Positions 26,407 to 34,313 of a DNA stretch of 34,776 nt are shown in pieces. The stretch's first letter is position 1; every line of letters begins with the position of its first letter. Under the pieces are notes generated by a model, which was not told where the DNA came from, ran no database searches, and saw only the letters and a list, made by a program, of their open reading frames with translations. Both the position numbers and the translations under genes were made by a program. The DNA is from a virus (taxonomy: Duplodnaviria > Caudoviricetes): positions 1 through 34,776 of IMG/VR virus record IMGVR_UViG_3300012952_000057. One strand, 5' to 3'.

Positions 26407-26961
26407 ATGGCACTTTGGGGCAATAATGACAACCTGGGAAACGCAGGCACAGTTACGTTTGATTATACCACTCTGGTTGTCACTGGAACCGGCACCACTT
26501 TTGGTGTCACTGGTGGAGGCCACACTGAAGCACAAGTCGGTGATGTTATTCACTTTGGTCACAGAGATGCCACTGATGGCGGAATCTCTACCTACTTTGG
26601 TTCTGCTGTTATTGTTGGTGTTGCAAGCACAAGTCAATTAACGATTGGTTCGACTTCAGGTCTTACCAATTCGTTCACTTCGATTGCAGCAACCACCTAC
26701 ACTATCAGTCAGTGTCCTATTTCATTCACACAGGATCCTGCATATAGTGAGAGAAATACTAACTCTGATACATTCGTTTATGGTATTTCTACCACAGGTT
26801 CTCAAACTGCATCAGGCACTGCATTTGAGTCTGGCGTAGGTTGGGTTGGTATCACAACGTATAACGATCAGCACGGAACACTGAGAGTTAAGAAGGAAAT
26901 CCTGGTTGCTATGTCTGGTATTGAGACTGGTAACCGTCCTGCTTTCCCTGGCCAGAAATAA
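26407..26961 (+). CDS. Putative virion structural protein (184 aa, Thr/Gly/Ser-rich)
   Basis: MALWGNND start, VTGTGTTF, C-terminal GWVG...LRVKKEILVAMSGI; late promoter upstream. Confidence 0.7.
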   Translation: MALWGNNDNLGNAGTVTFDYTTLVVTGTGTTFGVTGGGHTEAQVGDVIHFGHRDATDGGISTYFGSAVIVGVASTSQLTIGSTSGLTNSFTSIAATTYTISQCPISFTQDPAYSERNTNSDTFVYGISTTGSQTASGTAFESGVGWVGITTYNDQHGTLRVKKEILVAMSGIETGNRPAFPGQK

Positions 26962-26975
26962 TTTATATGTGATAT

Positions 26976-27368
26976 ATGTTTTTTAATGAATTGAATGAAG
27001 ACAATTTTCTTCTATATGCAATAAAATATTATGAAAATCCTCAGGCTGTAACTAAGGAAGACTTTGATCGTGATTTGAATCATTTCAAATACATTAAAAG
27101 ACTACTGAAACGATACAAGAATACTGGTCAACTCAAGACACATCTTCTTCTGAATCATTTTATTATTCTGTATAATATTTTTGGTGAAGCGACAACTCCC
27201 ATGTTGTTCTTTAAGATTGAGAGTGATCTTTGGTCCTCGATGAAGAGTTTCATCATTTTTCTAGGAAGATTTCCTGAATATCCAAAGTCTCATATTCATG
27301 ATATACAGGTCGATATGAACTGTTTAGCAGAACTTTATAGAATCTACGATGAAAAAGAATCTTCTTGA
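26976..27368 (+). CDS. Conserved T4-like phage hypothetical protein (130 aa)
   Basis: YAIKYYENPQ...FKYIKRLLKRY...LLLNHFIILYNIFG pattern. Confidence 0.8.
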   Translation: MFFNELNEDNFLLYAIKYYENPQAVTKEDFDRDLNHFKYIKRLLKRYKNTGQLKTHLLLNHFIILYNIFGEATTPMLFFKIESDLWSSMKSFIIFLGRFPEYPKSHIHDIQVDMNCLAELYRIYDEKESS

Positions 27369-27537
27369 TAAAATTATTCAGATGATTCGTGAGGATGCTC
27401 CCACGAATGCGATGGCACATGGGAAGATTGCAGGCTCTGCAGAGGCTGGAGATGATCCTCCGGTGAGAAAGAAGAAGAGATATATCTATCAAAAGGGTGT
27501 ACGTAAAATGTGGCAGCCGGATGGAAGAAGAAGTTAA
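27349..27537 (+). CDS. Small basic hypothetical protein (62 aa)
   Basis: Overlaps both neighbours; MIRE/DAPTN resembles a prohead-protease site. Confidence 0.65.
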   Translation: MKKNLLDKIIQMIREDAPTNAMAHGKIAGSAEAGDDPPVRKKKRYIYQKGVRKMWQPDGRRS

Positions 27538-27922
27538 GGTTGCAGTACTAGAGGCAAGATTGGAAAATTTTGAGACATTAGTTTCAAGATTAGACTCAGC
27601 AATTGAAAAAATTGCAGAGGTAAATAATAACGTGAGTAGGATGTTGGCCGTCCATGAACAACGAATTTCTAAGCAAGAAGAGATCGACGAAATATTGTTT
27701 GATAAAATCGACAAACTCCGTGATAAAATGGACAGCGATCACGACAGCGTTAGTGAACGACTATCTTTATTGGAACGAAAACTTTGGATTGGCATCGGAG
27801 CACTGGGAGCAATATTGATCCTTACCAATCCACAATCAGTCAAAATGATTAAACCCTTGTTATCCTCTGCTGAGAGTGTTATAATACAACCAGCAGTTGC
27901 CTTTGTGGATGGATCACGTTGA
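27521..27922 (+). CDS. Coiled-coil protein with C-terminal transmembrane segment
   Basis: Heptad-rich N-terminus followed by LWIGIGALGAILIL. Confidence 0.75.
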   Translation: MEEEVKVAVLEARLENFETLVSRLDSAIEKIAEVNNNVSRMLAVHEQRISKQEEIDEILFDKIDKLRDKMDSDHDSVSERLSLLERKLWIGIGALGAILILTNPQSVKMIKPLLSSAESVIIQPAVAFVDGSR

Positions 27923-28877
27923 CTCCAAGTTTATTGGACTTGTATCTCCCAAACTTCAAAAGTTTAAGAGAGTAAAATCAGACCTATACAACTTTAGGTG
28001 TCCAATCTGTGGAGACTCAAAGAAGAACAAGAGCAAAACGCGAGGGTATCTCTACGCAGTAAAGGCAAATACTAACTTCAAGTGCCACAACTGTGGTGCT
28101 TCGATGTCTCTTAACAACTTTTTGAAGCAGGTTGATCCTGCTGTTCATAAGCAATATGTTATGGAGAAGTTCAAAGAGGGCCATACTGGTCGTAACTTTG
28201 TAATCGATGAACCAGACATTAAGTTTGAAGCACCCAAGTTTAAGAAGAAACTGAAGTTGCCCAAAGCATCTGATCATCCCAGACCTGCTGGATATCTTAC
28301 GGCAAGAAAATTAAACCCTGATGATTTCTATTATGCTGAGCACTTTAAGAAGTTCGTAAACAGTCTTAAACAGACCTTTGATGATACAAAGCATGATGAA
28401 GAACGCATCATCATTCCACTTTATTATGAAAAGAACTTAATTGGTCTCCAGGGAAGATCTATAAATCCAAACCCTGTTAAATATATTACCGTGATGCTTG
28501 ATGATGACGCACCAAAAATCTACGGATTGGATAACATCAGAAGAGATGCTCCAGTCTATGTTACAGAAGGACCTTTCGACAGCACGTTCATTCGCAACGC
28601 GATTGCTATGTGCGGAGCTGACGCTGATGTTGGTCGTTGGGGGATTAGCAATCCTGTGTGGATCTATGATAACGAACCCCGCAATAGAGAGATTACAAAC
28701 AGAATCTCTAAGACCATCGATTCTGGTCAGTCGGTAGTCATCTGGCCTGAGAGCATAGATGACAAAGACATAAATGATATGGTGATGAATGGACTGGATG
28801 TGCAGTCTGTGATAGAATCAAACACATACTCTGGACTAGAAGCAAAACTTAAATTTACCACCTGGAAGAAGATATGA
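27909..28877 (+). CDS. gp61: DNA primase gp61
   Basis: Zinc-binding CPICGDS...CHNCG; TOPRIM VTEGPFDS, YDNEPRN, KDINDM. Confidence 0.96.
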   Translation: MDHVDSKFIGLVSPKLQKFKRVKSDLYNFRCPICGDSKKNKSKTRGYLYAVKANTNFKCHNCGASMSLNNFLKQVDPAVHKQYVMEKFKEGHTGRNFVIDEPDIKFEAPKFKKKLKLPKASDHPRPAGYLTARKLNPDDFYYAEHFKKFVNSLKQTFDDTKHDEERIIIPLYYEKNLIGLQGRSINPNPVKYITVMLDDDAPKIYGLDNIRRDAPVYVTEGPFDSTFIRNAIAMCGADADVGRWGISNPVWIYDNEPRNREITNRISKTIDSGQSVVIWPESIDDKDINDMVMNGLDVQSVIESNTYSGLEAKLKFTTWKKI

Positions 28878-31171
28878 CGAACGGCACCAAGGTTAAAAAG
28901 AGAGATGGAAGAATTGAACCTCTTGACCTAGAGAAGATGCATTTGATGGTTGAAGAGGCGACTAGGGGTCTTGCAGGGGTCTCTGCAAGTCAAGTTGAGA
29001 TTCAATCTGGCATCCAGTTTTATGATGGAATTACGACTGGTGAAATTCAAGAAATTCTGATTCGTTCTGCTTCTGACCTGATTGATCTTGATCATCCCAA
29101 CTATCAGTTTGTGGCAGCACGTCTGCTTCTGTTTAGTCTTCGTAAGAGTCTTTATGGAAAGATGAGAGAGCTTCCTCATCTTGAAAGTCATATCTATAGT
29201 TGCACAAATATTGATGTGTACGATAAAGATATTTTCCTTAAGTATTCTAAGGAAGAGATTGACAAGGCAAATGGATTTATTGATCATGATCGTGACTTTG
29301 ATTTCACCTATGCAGGTTTGCGTCAGGTTGTAGATAAATACCTAGTACAGGACAGAAGCGGTGGTGGAGTCTATGAAACTCCACAGTTCATGTACATTAT
29401 GATTGCCCTGACAATCTTTGCAGAATATCCCAAGGAGACACGTCTCTCATATGTCAAAAGATACTACGACGCAATCTCCAAACACAAACTCAACATTCCC
29501 ACACCTATCATGGCGGGAGTGCGAACTCCACTTCGACAATTTGCTAGCTGTGTTCTTGTTGATGTTGATGACACCCTCGATAGTATCTTTAGCTCTGATA
29601 TGGCAATTGGCAAATACGTTGCACAAAGGGCGGGAATCGGCATCAACGCAGGCAGAATCCGTGGCATCAACAGTAAGATCCGAGGTGGAGAAGTCCAGCA
29701 CACTGGTGTTGTTCCGTTTCTCAAGAAGTTTGAATCAACTGTCAGATGCTGCACTCAAAATGGCATCAGAGGTGGATCAGCTACGGTCCACTTTCCGATC
29801 TGGCACCAAGAAATCGAAGACATCATCGTCCTCAAAAACAACAAAGGAACCGAAGACAACCGTGTAAGAAAACTTGACTACTCAATCCAGATTTCAAAAC
29901 TTTTCTACGAACGTTTCATTAAGGATGAAGAGATTAGCCTCTTCTCACCGCATGACGTACCAGGTCTATATGACGCTTTTGGTACTGATAGGTTCGATGA
30001 CCTATATGTGGGCTTTGAACGAGATGAGTCTGTTCCAAGAAAGACTATCGGGGCACAGAAACTGATCCTTGATCTTCTCAAGGAGAGAGCAGAGACTGGT
30101 CGTTTGTATATCATGAATATCGACCACTGTAACTCTCACTCTTCCTTTAAGGATAAGGTGAACATGAGCAATCTTTGTCAAGAGATCACTCTTCCTACAG
30201 ATCCCATCAATCATATTGATGATGATTTTGGTGAGATTGCTTTGTGTATTCTCTCTGCTATCAACGTTGGTAAGGTTAAGACTGATGAGGAACTAGAAAA
30301 TCTTTGTGATCTTTCTGTTCGTGGATTGGAAGAATTGATTGACTATCAAGAGTACCCTGTGGCAGCAGCAGAACGCGCCACAAAGGCACGGAGATCTCTT
30401 GGAATTGGTTTTATCGGTCTGGCACACTATCTCGCTAAACTTGGATTTAAATATGACTCACAAGAGGCATGGGATGCAGTTCATGGACTGACAGAAGCAT
30501 TTCAATACTATCTCTTGAAGTCATCTAATCAGATTGCTAAAGAGAAAGGCTGGTGTGCAGACTTTGGTCGCACCAAGTATGCTGATGGAATCCTTCCTAT
30601 CGATACATATAAGAAGGATGTTGATGAAATCTCTAGTCAGGAGTTAGAACATGATTGGGATTCTCTTAGGGCGTCTATCGCCACCCACGGTCTACGGCAC
30701 TCAACACTGTCTGCTCAGATGCCATCAGAGAGTAGTTCCGTTGTGTCAAACGCAACAAATGGAATCGAACCACCTAGAGACTATCTGTCCATTAAAAAAA
30801 GCAAAAAGGGACCACTCAAACAGATTGTCCCTCAATATGGGTCTCTTAAAAACAATTATACTCTGCTTTGGGATATGGAGTCCAATCGTGGTTATATTAA
30901 TGTTGTTGCTGTGATGCAGAAATTCTTTGACCAAGCAATTTCTGGTAACTGGAGTTACAATCCTGAGCAGTATCCTGATAATGAAGTCCCAGTGTCCACC
31001 ATGGCACAAGACTTTTTGACTACATATAAGTACGGTTGGAAAACCTCTTACTATCAAAATACTCATGATATGAAGAATGATGAGGTAGTAGAAGAAAAAC
31101 CAAATTTAGATAACCTGTTAAACGAATTAGAACAAGCCGAGGAGGGAGAGTGTGAATCCTGTGCAGTTTAA
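28874..31171 (+). CDS. nrdA: Ribonucleotide reductase class Ia alpha subunit
   Basis: ATP cone VKKRDG, FASCVL, SNLCQEI, MPSESSS, KTSYY, C-terminal CESC. Confidence 0.98.
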   Translation: MTNGTKVKKRDGRIEPLDLEKMHLMVEEATRGLAGVSASQVEIQSGIQFYDGITTGEIQEILIRSASDLIDLDHPNYQFVAARLLLFSLRKSLYGKMRELPHLESHIYSCTNIDVYDKDIFLKYSKEEIDKANGFIDHDRDFDFTYAGLRQVVDKYLVQDRSGGGVYETPQFMYIMIALTIFAEYPKETRLSYVKRYYDAISKHKLNIPTPIMAGVRTPLRQFASCVLVDVDDTLDSIFSSDMAIGKYVAQRAGIGINAGRIRGINSKIRGGEVQHTGVVPFLKKFESTVRCCTQNGIRGGSATVHFPIWHQEIEDIIVLKNNKGTEDNRVRKLDYSIQISKLFYERFIKDEEISLFSPHDVPGLYDAFGTDRFDDLYVGFERDESVPRKTIGAQKLILDLLKERAETGRLYIMNIDHCNSHSSFKDKVNMSNLCQEITLPTDPINHIDDDFGEIALCILSAINVGKVKTDEELENLCDLSVRGLEELIDYQEYPVAAAERATKARRSLGIGFIGLAHYLAKLGFKYDSQEAWDAVHGLTEAFQYYLLKSSNQIAKEKGWCADFGRTKYADGILPIDTYKKDVDEISSQELEHDWDSLRASIATHGLRHSTLSAQMPSESSSVVSNATNGIEPPRDYLSIKKSKKGPLKQIVPQYGSLKNNYTLLWDMESNRGYINVVAVMQKFFDQAISGNWSYNPEQYPDNEVPVSTMAQDFLTTYKYGWKTSYYQNTHDMKNDEVVEEKPNLDNLLNELEQAEEGECESCAV

Positions 31172-32345
31172 GATTTCATCCGTAGAGGACAACAATATGA
31201 CAAAAGTTAAGGGCATGACGGTCTTTAACACTGAACAAGTAAATACCAAAAAGCAACCGATGTTTTTCGGTCAACCTCTTGGAATTCAAAGATACGATTC
31301 ATACAAGTATCCAGTCTTTGATAAACTCACTACACAACAGTTGGGTTATTTCTGGAGACCAGAAGAAGTTTCACTGCAAAAGGATCGTGGGGATTATCAA
31401 TTACTTCGTCCAGAACAAAAGCATATCTATACCTCTAACCTCAAGTACCAGATTATGCTTGACTCCATTCAAGGGCGTGGTCCTGGGATGGCTTTTATTC
31501 CTTACTGCAGCTTACCTGAACTAGAAGCATGTATGGAAGTCTGGGGGTTCATGGAAATGATCCATAGTCGCTCCTACACATACATCATCAAGAACGTCTA
31601 CAGCGACCCCTCAGAGGTCTTTGATAAGATCGTGACCGATGATCGCATCCTTGAACGTGCCAGCAGCGTCACAGCAGCGTATGATGACTTTATCAGTGGT
31701 GCTCATCAATATGACAATAGCACTATGTGGGAACTTGCCACAGAGGGTCATTATGCTGGTCAACTTGATCGTTATGAATTGAAGCGTAAACTTTATAGAG
31801 CAGTTGCAAATGTCAATATCCTTGAAGGAATTCGGTTTTATGTTTCTTTTGCTTGCAGTTTTGCTTTTGGTGAACTTAAACTCATGGAAGGTTCAGCAAA
31901 AATTATCTCCCTTATTGCTAGAGATGAGAACCAACACCTCGCCATCACCCAAAACATTCTGAACAAATGGAAGCAGGGTGATGATCCTGAAATGGCAAGG
32001 ATTATGAAAGAAGAAGAGGAGTGGACTTACAAGGCATTTGATAATGCTGTCAACGAAGAGAAGCGTTGGGCTGACTATCTGTTCAAAGACGGATCTATGA
32101 TTGGTCTTAACGATAAACTTCTTCAGCAGTATGTTGAGTGGATTGCTAATCGTCGTCTGAAAGCAATTGGCCTTAAACCACAATATGATATTGCTGCAAA
32201 GAATAATCCACTGCCCTGGACGCAGCACTGGATCTCTTCCAAGGGTCTCCAGGTGGCACCACAGGAGACAGAGGTAGAGTCCTACGTTGTCGGTGGCATT
32301 AAGCAAGATGTGAAAAAAGACACATTCAGTGGTTTCCAACTCTGA
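31152..32345 (+). CDS. nrdB: Ribonucleotide reductase class Ia beta subunit
   Basis: FWRPEEV, EMIHSRSY, LEGIRFYVSF, RDENQH, APQETEVESY. Start GTG 31152 or ATG 31197. Confidence 0.97.
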   Translation: MNPVQFKISSVEDNNMTKVKGMTVFNTEQVNTKKQPMFFGQPLGIQRYDSYKYPVFDKLTTQQLGYFWRPEEVSLQKDRGDYQLLRPEQKHIYTSNLKYQIMLDSIQGRGPGMAFIPYCSLPELEACMEVWGFMEMIHSRSYTYIIKNVYSDPSEVFDKIVTDDRILERASSVTAAYDDFISGAHQYDNSTMWELATEGHYAGQLDRYELKRKLYRAVANVNILEGIRFYVSFACSFAFGELKLMEGSAKIISLIARDENQHLAITQNILNKWKQGDDPEMARIMKEEEEWTYKAFDNAVNEEKRWADYLFKDGSMIGLNDKLLQQYVEWIANRRLKAIGLKPQYDIAAKNNPLPWTQHWISSKGLQVAPQETEVESYVVGGIKQDVKKDTFSGFQL

Positions 32346-32351
32346 TCTTTG

Positions 32352-32378
32352 CTTAAATAGGGGGAGTGTAATCTCCCC
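32352..32378 (+). promoter_or_regulatory. Late promoter variant (CTTAAATA) followed by a start-proximal hairpin
   Basis: CTTAAATA 32352-32359; GGGGAG-TGTAAT-CTCCCC 32361-32378, ending 2 nt before an ATG. Confidence 0.55.
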
Positions 32379-32380
32379 AT

Positions 32381-32542
32381 ATGCCTAAAAATCAAATAGA
32401 GAAAGAAGAACTAAAAGTTCGTGTGATGAAACTGAAGCACCAAGTTGATATGGAGGGTGCTGATGTCTGGCAAGGAGAGCGAGATCTTGCCCATAAATAC
32501 CTGAACGAGGTATTAAACATTATTGATGAGTATCGATATTGA
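32381..32542 (+). CDS. Small hypothetical protein (53 aa, MPKNQIEKEELKVRVMKLKHQ...AHKYLNEVLNIIDEYRY)
   Basis: Fills the gap after nrdB and overlaps the next start. Not in the ORF track. Confidence 0.7.
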   Translation: MPKNQIEKEELKVRVMKLKHQVDMEGADVWQGERDLAHKYLNEVLNIIDEYRY

Positions 32543-32966
32543 TTATGAAAATCCATGGATCTATTGTGACAGACCTTTTACTAGTGACGATATTCACGAC
32601 TTTTATGGTTTTGTGTATAACATTACCAATCTCACCAACCAACGACAGTACGTTGGGAGAAAGTATTTTTGGTCTCATCGAAAACCTCCGGGAAAAAAAC
32701 GCCGAGTAAAAAAAGAATCCGACTGGAAAAATTACTATGGGTCTTGCTCAGAACTTAAAGAAGATATTGAGCGATTGGGTAGACAAAACTTTAGTCGCAC
32801 TATCCTCAGCTTACATAAAACAGCTGGCAAAACAAACTTCGAGGAAACAAGACAACTCTTCATCCACGGAGTCCTTACCGAATCCCTTGACACAGGAGGA
32901 CCTGCCTACTACAATAGTAACATCCTCAGCAGGTACTTCCGAAAAGACTATTATGATGGAGACTGA
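32526..32966 (+). CDS. GIY-YIG family endonuclease
   Basis: GFVYNITNLTNQRQYVGRK, YYGS, conserved E (FEETR) and YYNSNI. Confidence 0.8.
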   Translation: MSIDIDYENPWIYCDRPFTSDDIHDFYGFVYNITNLTNQRQYVGRKYFWSHRKPPGKKRRVKKESDWKNYYGSCSELKEDIERLGRQNFSRTILSLHKTAGKTNFEETRQLFIHGVLTESLDTGGPAYYNSNILSRYFRKDYYDGD

Positions 32967-33183
32967 AGAAATCGTTGCCGACGTTCGACAGTGGGCAATC
33001 GACAAAGTTGAAGAGTACAACGGCAAAGGAATTGACAGAATTTATGATATGATGGCAATCATGGCAGAGTTTGATGAGTGGTTCGATCCTAAAGAAGATT
33101 TAGAGGTTGTATCACTTGACGAAATTACAGAAGAGCAGTATGATGACTTTGTTGATTACTCAGACGGTATCGAAAGAGCATAA
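32953..33183 (+). CDS. Small acidic hypothetical protein (76 aa)
   Basis: 3' part of ORF 32737..33183, starting at the ATG that overlaps the nuclease end. Confidence 0.7.
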   Translation: MMETEEIVADVRQWAIDKVEEYNGKGIDRIYDMMAIMAEFDEWFDPKEDLEVVSLDEITEEQYDDFVDYSDGIERA

Positions 33184-33187
33184 TCAA

Positions 33188-33237
33188 CTGCGGTAATCCC
33201 CTTGGTGGTTCAGGGTTAGCGGCGATAGGAACCACCA
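33188..33237 (+). ncRNA. Candidate structured RNA (H-type pseudoknot) upstream of tRNA-Arg
   Basis: Two interleaved helices: CTGC/TAATCC with GGGTTA/GCGG, and TGGTGGTTC with GAACCACCA. Confidence 0.5.
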
Positions 33238-33240
33238 CAT

Positions 33241-33314
33241 GACTCAGTAGCTCAGCTGGATAGAGCAACTGCCTTCTAAGCAGTCGGTCATAGGTTCAAA
33301 TCCTATCTGAGTCG
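33241..33314 (+). tRNA. tRNA-Arg (TCT), no encoded CCA
   Basis: Cloverleaf; acceptor GACTCAG/CTGAGTC; anticodon loop CTTCTAA. Confidence 0.97.
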
Positions 33315-33316
33315 CT

Positions 33317-33362
33317 GGGCATCAGGAGAGACCACCACCACCTCCTCTCCTGTGTAAGACCC
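33317..33362 (+). ncRNA. Candidate hairpin RNA between tRNA-Arg and tRNA-Gly
   Basis: Stem CAGGAGAG/CTCTCCTG with loop ACCACCACCACCTC. Confidence 0.4.
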
Positions 33363-33367
33363 GAACT

Positions 33368-33439
33368 GCGGAGTTAGTTCAGCGGTAGAACGCTATCCTT
33401 CCAAGTTAGATGTCGTCGGTTCGATTCCGATACTCCGCT
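33368..33439 (+). tRNA. tRNA-Gly (TCC), no encoded CCA
   Basis: Cloverleaf; acceptor GCGGAGT/ACTCCGC, U73; anticodon loop CTTCCAA; one U-U mismatch in the anticodon stem. Confidence 0.95.
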
Positions 33440-33455
33440 TTCCTGATTTAGGAAC

Positions 33456-33617
33456 ATGAAACCAGTTGAAATTCTTCTACTCATATCAGAGTTAGAGGGT
33501 TCCTACACACATACCAAGAAACTTGGATTCGATGAAGACAGAGATGTCCTTAGAGAAATGTGTGATAGGTATTACAAACTGTATTTTAAACTAAAGAAGG
33601 AGCATAGCGTAAAATGA
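33456..33617 (+). CDS. Small hypothetical protein (53 aa, MKPVEILLLISELEGSY...)
   Basis: SD AGGA upstream; stop overlaps the next ATG (ATGA). Not in the ORF track. Confidence 0.65.
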   Translation: MKPVEILLLISELEGSYTHTKKLGFDEDRDVLREMCDRYYKLYFKLKKEHSVK

Positions 33618-33811
33618 AAATGTGGGAAGTAAAATGTAGTGGTTGTGGTAAAATGACCCCTGCAGATAAGTGTCCTCAGTTAATGATGACACCCCTTTGC
33701 AAACCATGTTGGACAAATAAACATTCCTCTATAGCTCAGTTGGTAGAGCAGGTGACTGTTAATCACCCTGTCCCTGGTTCGAGTCCAGGTGGAGGAGCCT
33801 CGCTTGATTAA
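33614..33811 (+). CDS. Small zinc-ribbon-like protein whose frame runs through tRNA-Asn
   Basis: CSGC...C...CKPC in the first 36 aa; ATGA coupling; no stop before the tRNA. Confidence 0.45.
   Translation: MKMWEVKCSGCGKMTPADKCPQLMMTPLCKPCWTNKHSSIAQLVEQVTVNHPVPGSSPGGGASLD
33725..33797 (+). tRNA. tRNA-Asn (GTT), no complete encoded CCA
   Basis: Cloverleaf; acceptor TCCTCTA/TGGAGGA; anticodon loop CTGTTAA. Confidence 0.97.
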
Positions 33812-33873
33812 CTCAGCGGTAGAGTGACTCCTTTACACGGAGTAGGTCGGCGGTTCGATCCCGTCATCAAGCA
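33802..33873 (+). tRNA. tRNA-Val (TAC), no encoded CCA
   Basis: Cloverleaf; acceptor GCTTGAT/ATCAAGC; anticodon loop TTTACAC. Confidence 0.96.
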
Positions 33874-33899
33874 TTCCCCATCCTGGAGGCCCATGAACC

Positions 33900-34148
33900 A
33901 TGATTACTGTAAGATGCAAAGAATGCGGAACAGAACTGACAAGCACTAGTAAAGTACAATTCTGTGGTTGCCCCAACCAGATGAGAGTTGTGGACAACAA
34001 AGTTGGTGCTGTTGACTTGGATAAAGTCGTAATGGTATCCAACAACGTAGAGAATAAGATTAATAGCCATTTCTCTAGAACAGAACTCCTCTATCAAGAG
34101 GAGAGACGTAGACGCAAAGTTCGTAGACTGGACTTTGAAGTCAAATAA
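33900..34148 (+). CDS. Small Cys-containing hypothetical protein (82 aa)
   Basis: CKEC-x11-CGC; SD GGAGG upstream; stop abuts tRNA-Ser. Confidence 0.75.
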   Translation: MITVRCKECGTELTSTSKVQFCGCPNQMRVVDNKVGAVDLDKVVMVSNNVENKINSHFSRTELLYQEERRRRKVRRLDFEVK

Positions 34149-34235
34149 GGAAGAGTGGTCGAGTGGTTTATGGCACTGGTCTTGAAAACCAGCGAGGGTG
34201 CAAGTCCTCCGTGGGTTCAAATCCCACCTCTTCCG
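34149..34235 (+). tRNA. tRNA-Ser (TGA), long variable arm, no encoded CCA
   Basis: Acceptor GGAAGAG/CTCTTCC, G73; anticodon loop CTTGAAA; variable arm GAGGG-TGCAAG-TCCTC. Confidence 0.96.
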
Positions 34236-34313
34236 TTATAATTTCCACATATTTAATCTTTTTGTAACAAGTTGCTACATTAAATAGGTGTGTAGGCATT
34301 CTTTCTACCAATC

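Noticed and set aside
14443-32345. Introns or inteins in gp43, gp41, nrdA or nrdB
   Set aside because: All are continuous ORFs of normal length with motifs in the expected order; no intein or intron-sized insertion is visible.
33188-33240. HDV-like (theta) ribozyme call for the tRNA-adjacent pseudoknot
   Set aside because: No P3/L3/P1.1 between the P2 5' strand and the P1 3' strand, and the element is 5' rather than 3' of the tRNA; kept only as an unclassified pseudoknot.
299-34220. Numerous minus-strand and alternate-frame ORFs in the supplied track (e.g. 4653-5198, 5516-6082, 24886-25449, 29418-29867)
   Set aside because: All lie within well-supported plus-strand genes or tRNAs, have no recognisable motifs, and conflict with the uniform plus-strand organisation; treated as shadow ORFs.
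34149-34235. Suppressor or selenocysteine tRNA because of the TGA anticodon
   Set aside because: Anticodon UGA reads UCA (Ser); an opal suppressor would need anticodon UCA. Core genes terminate normally at TGA and TAA, so there is no sign of recoding.
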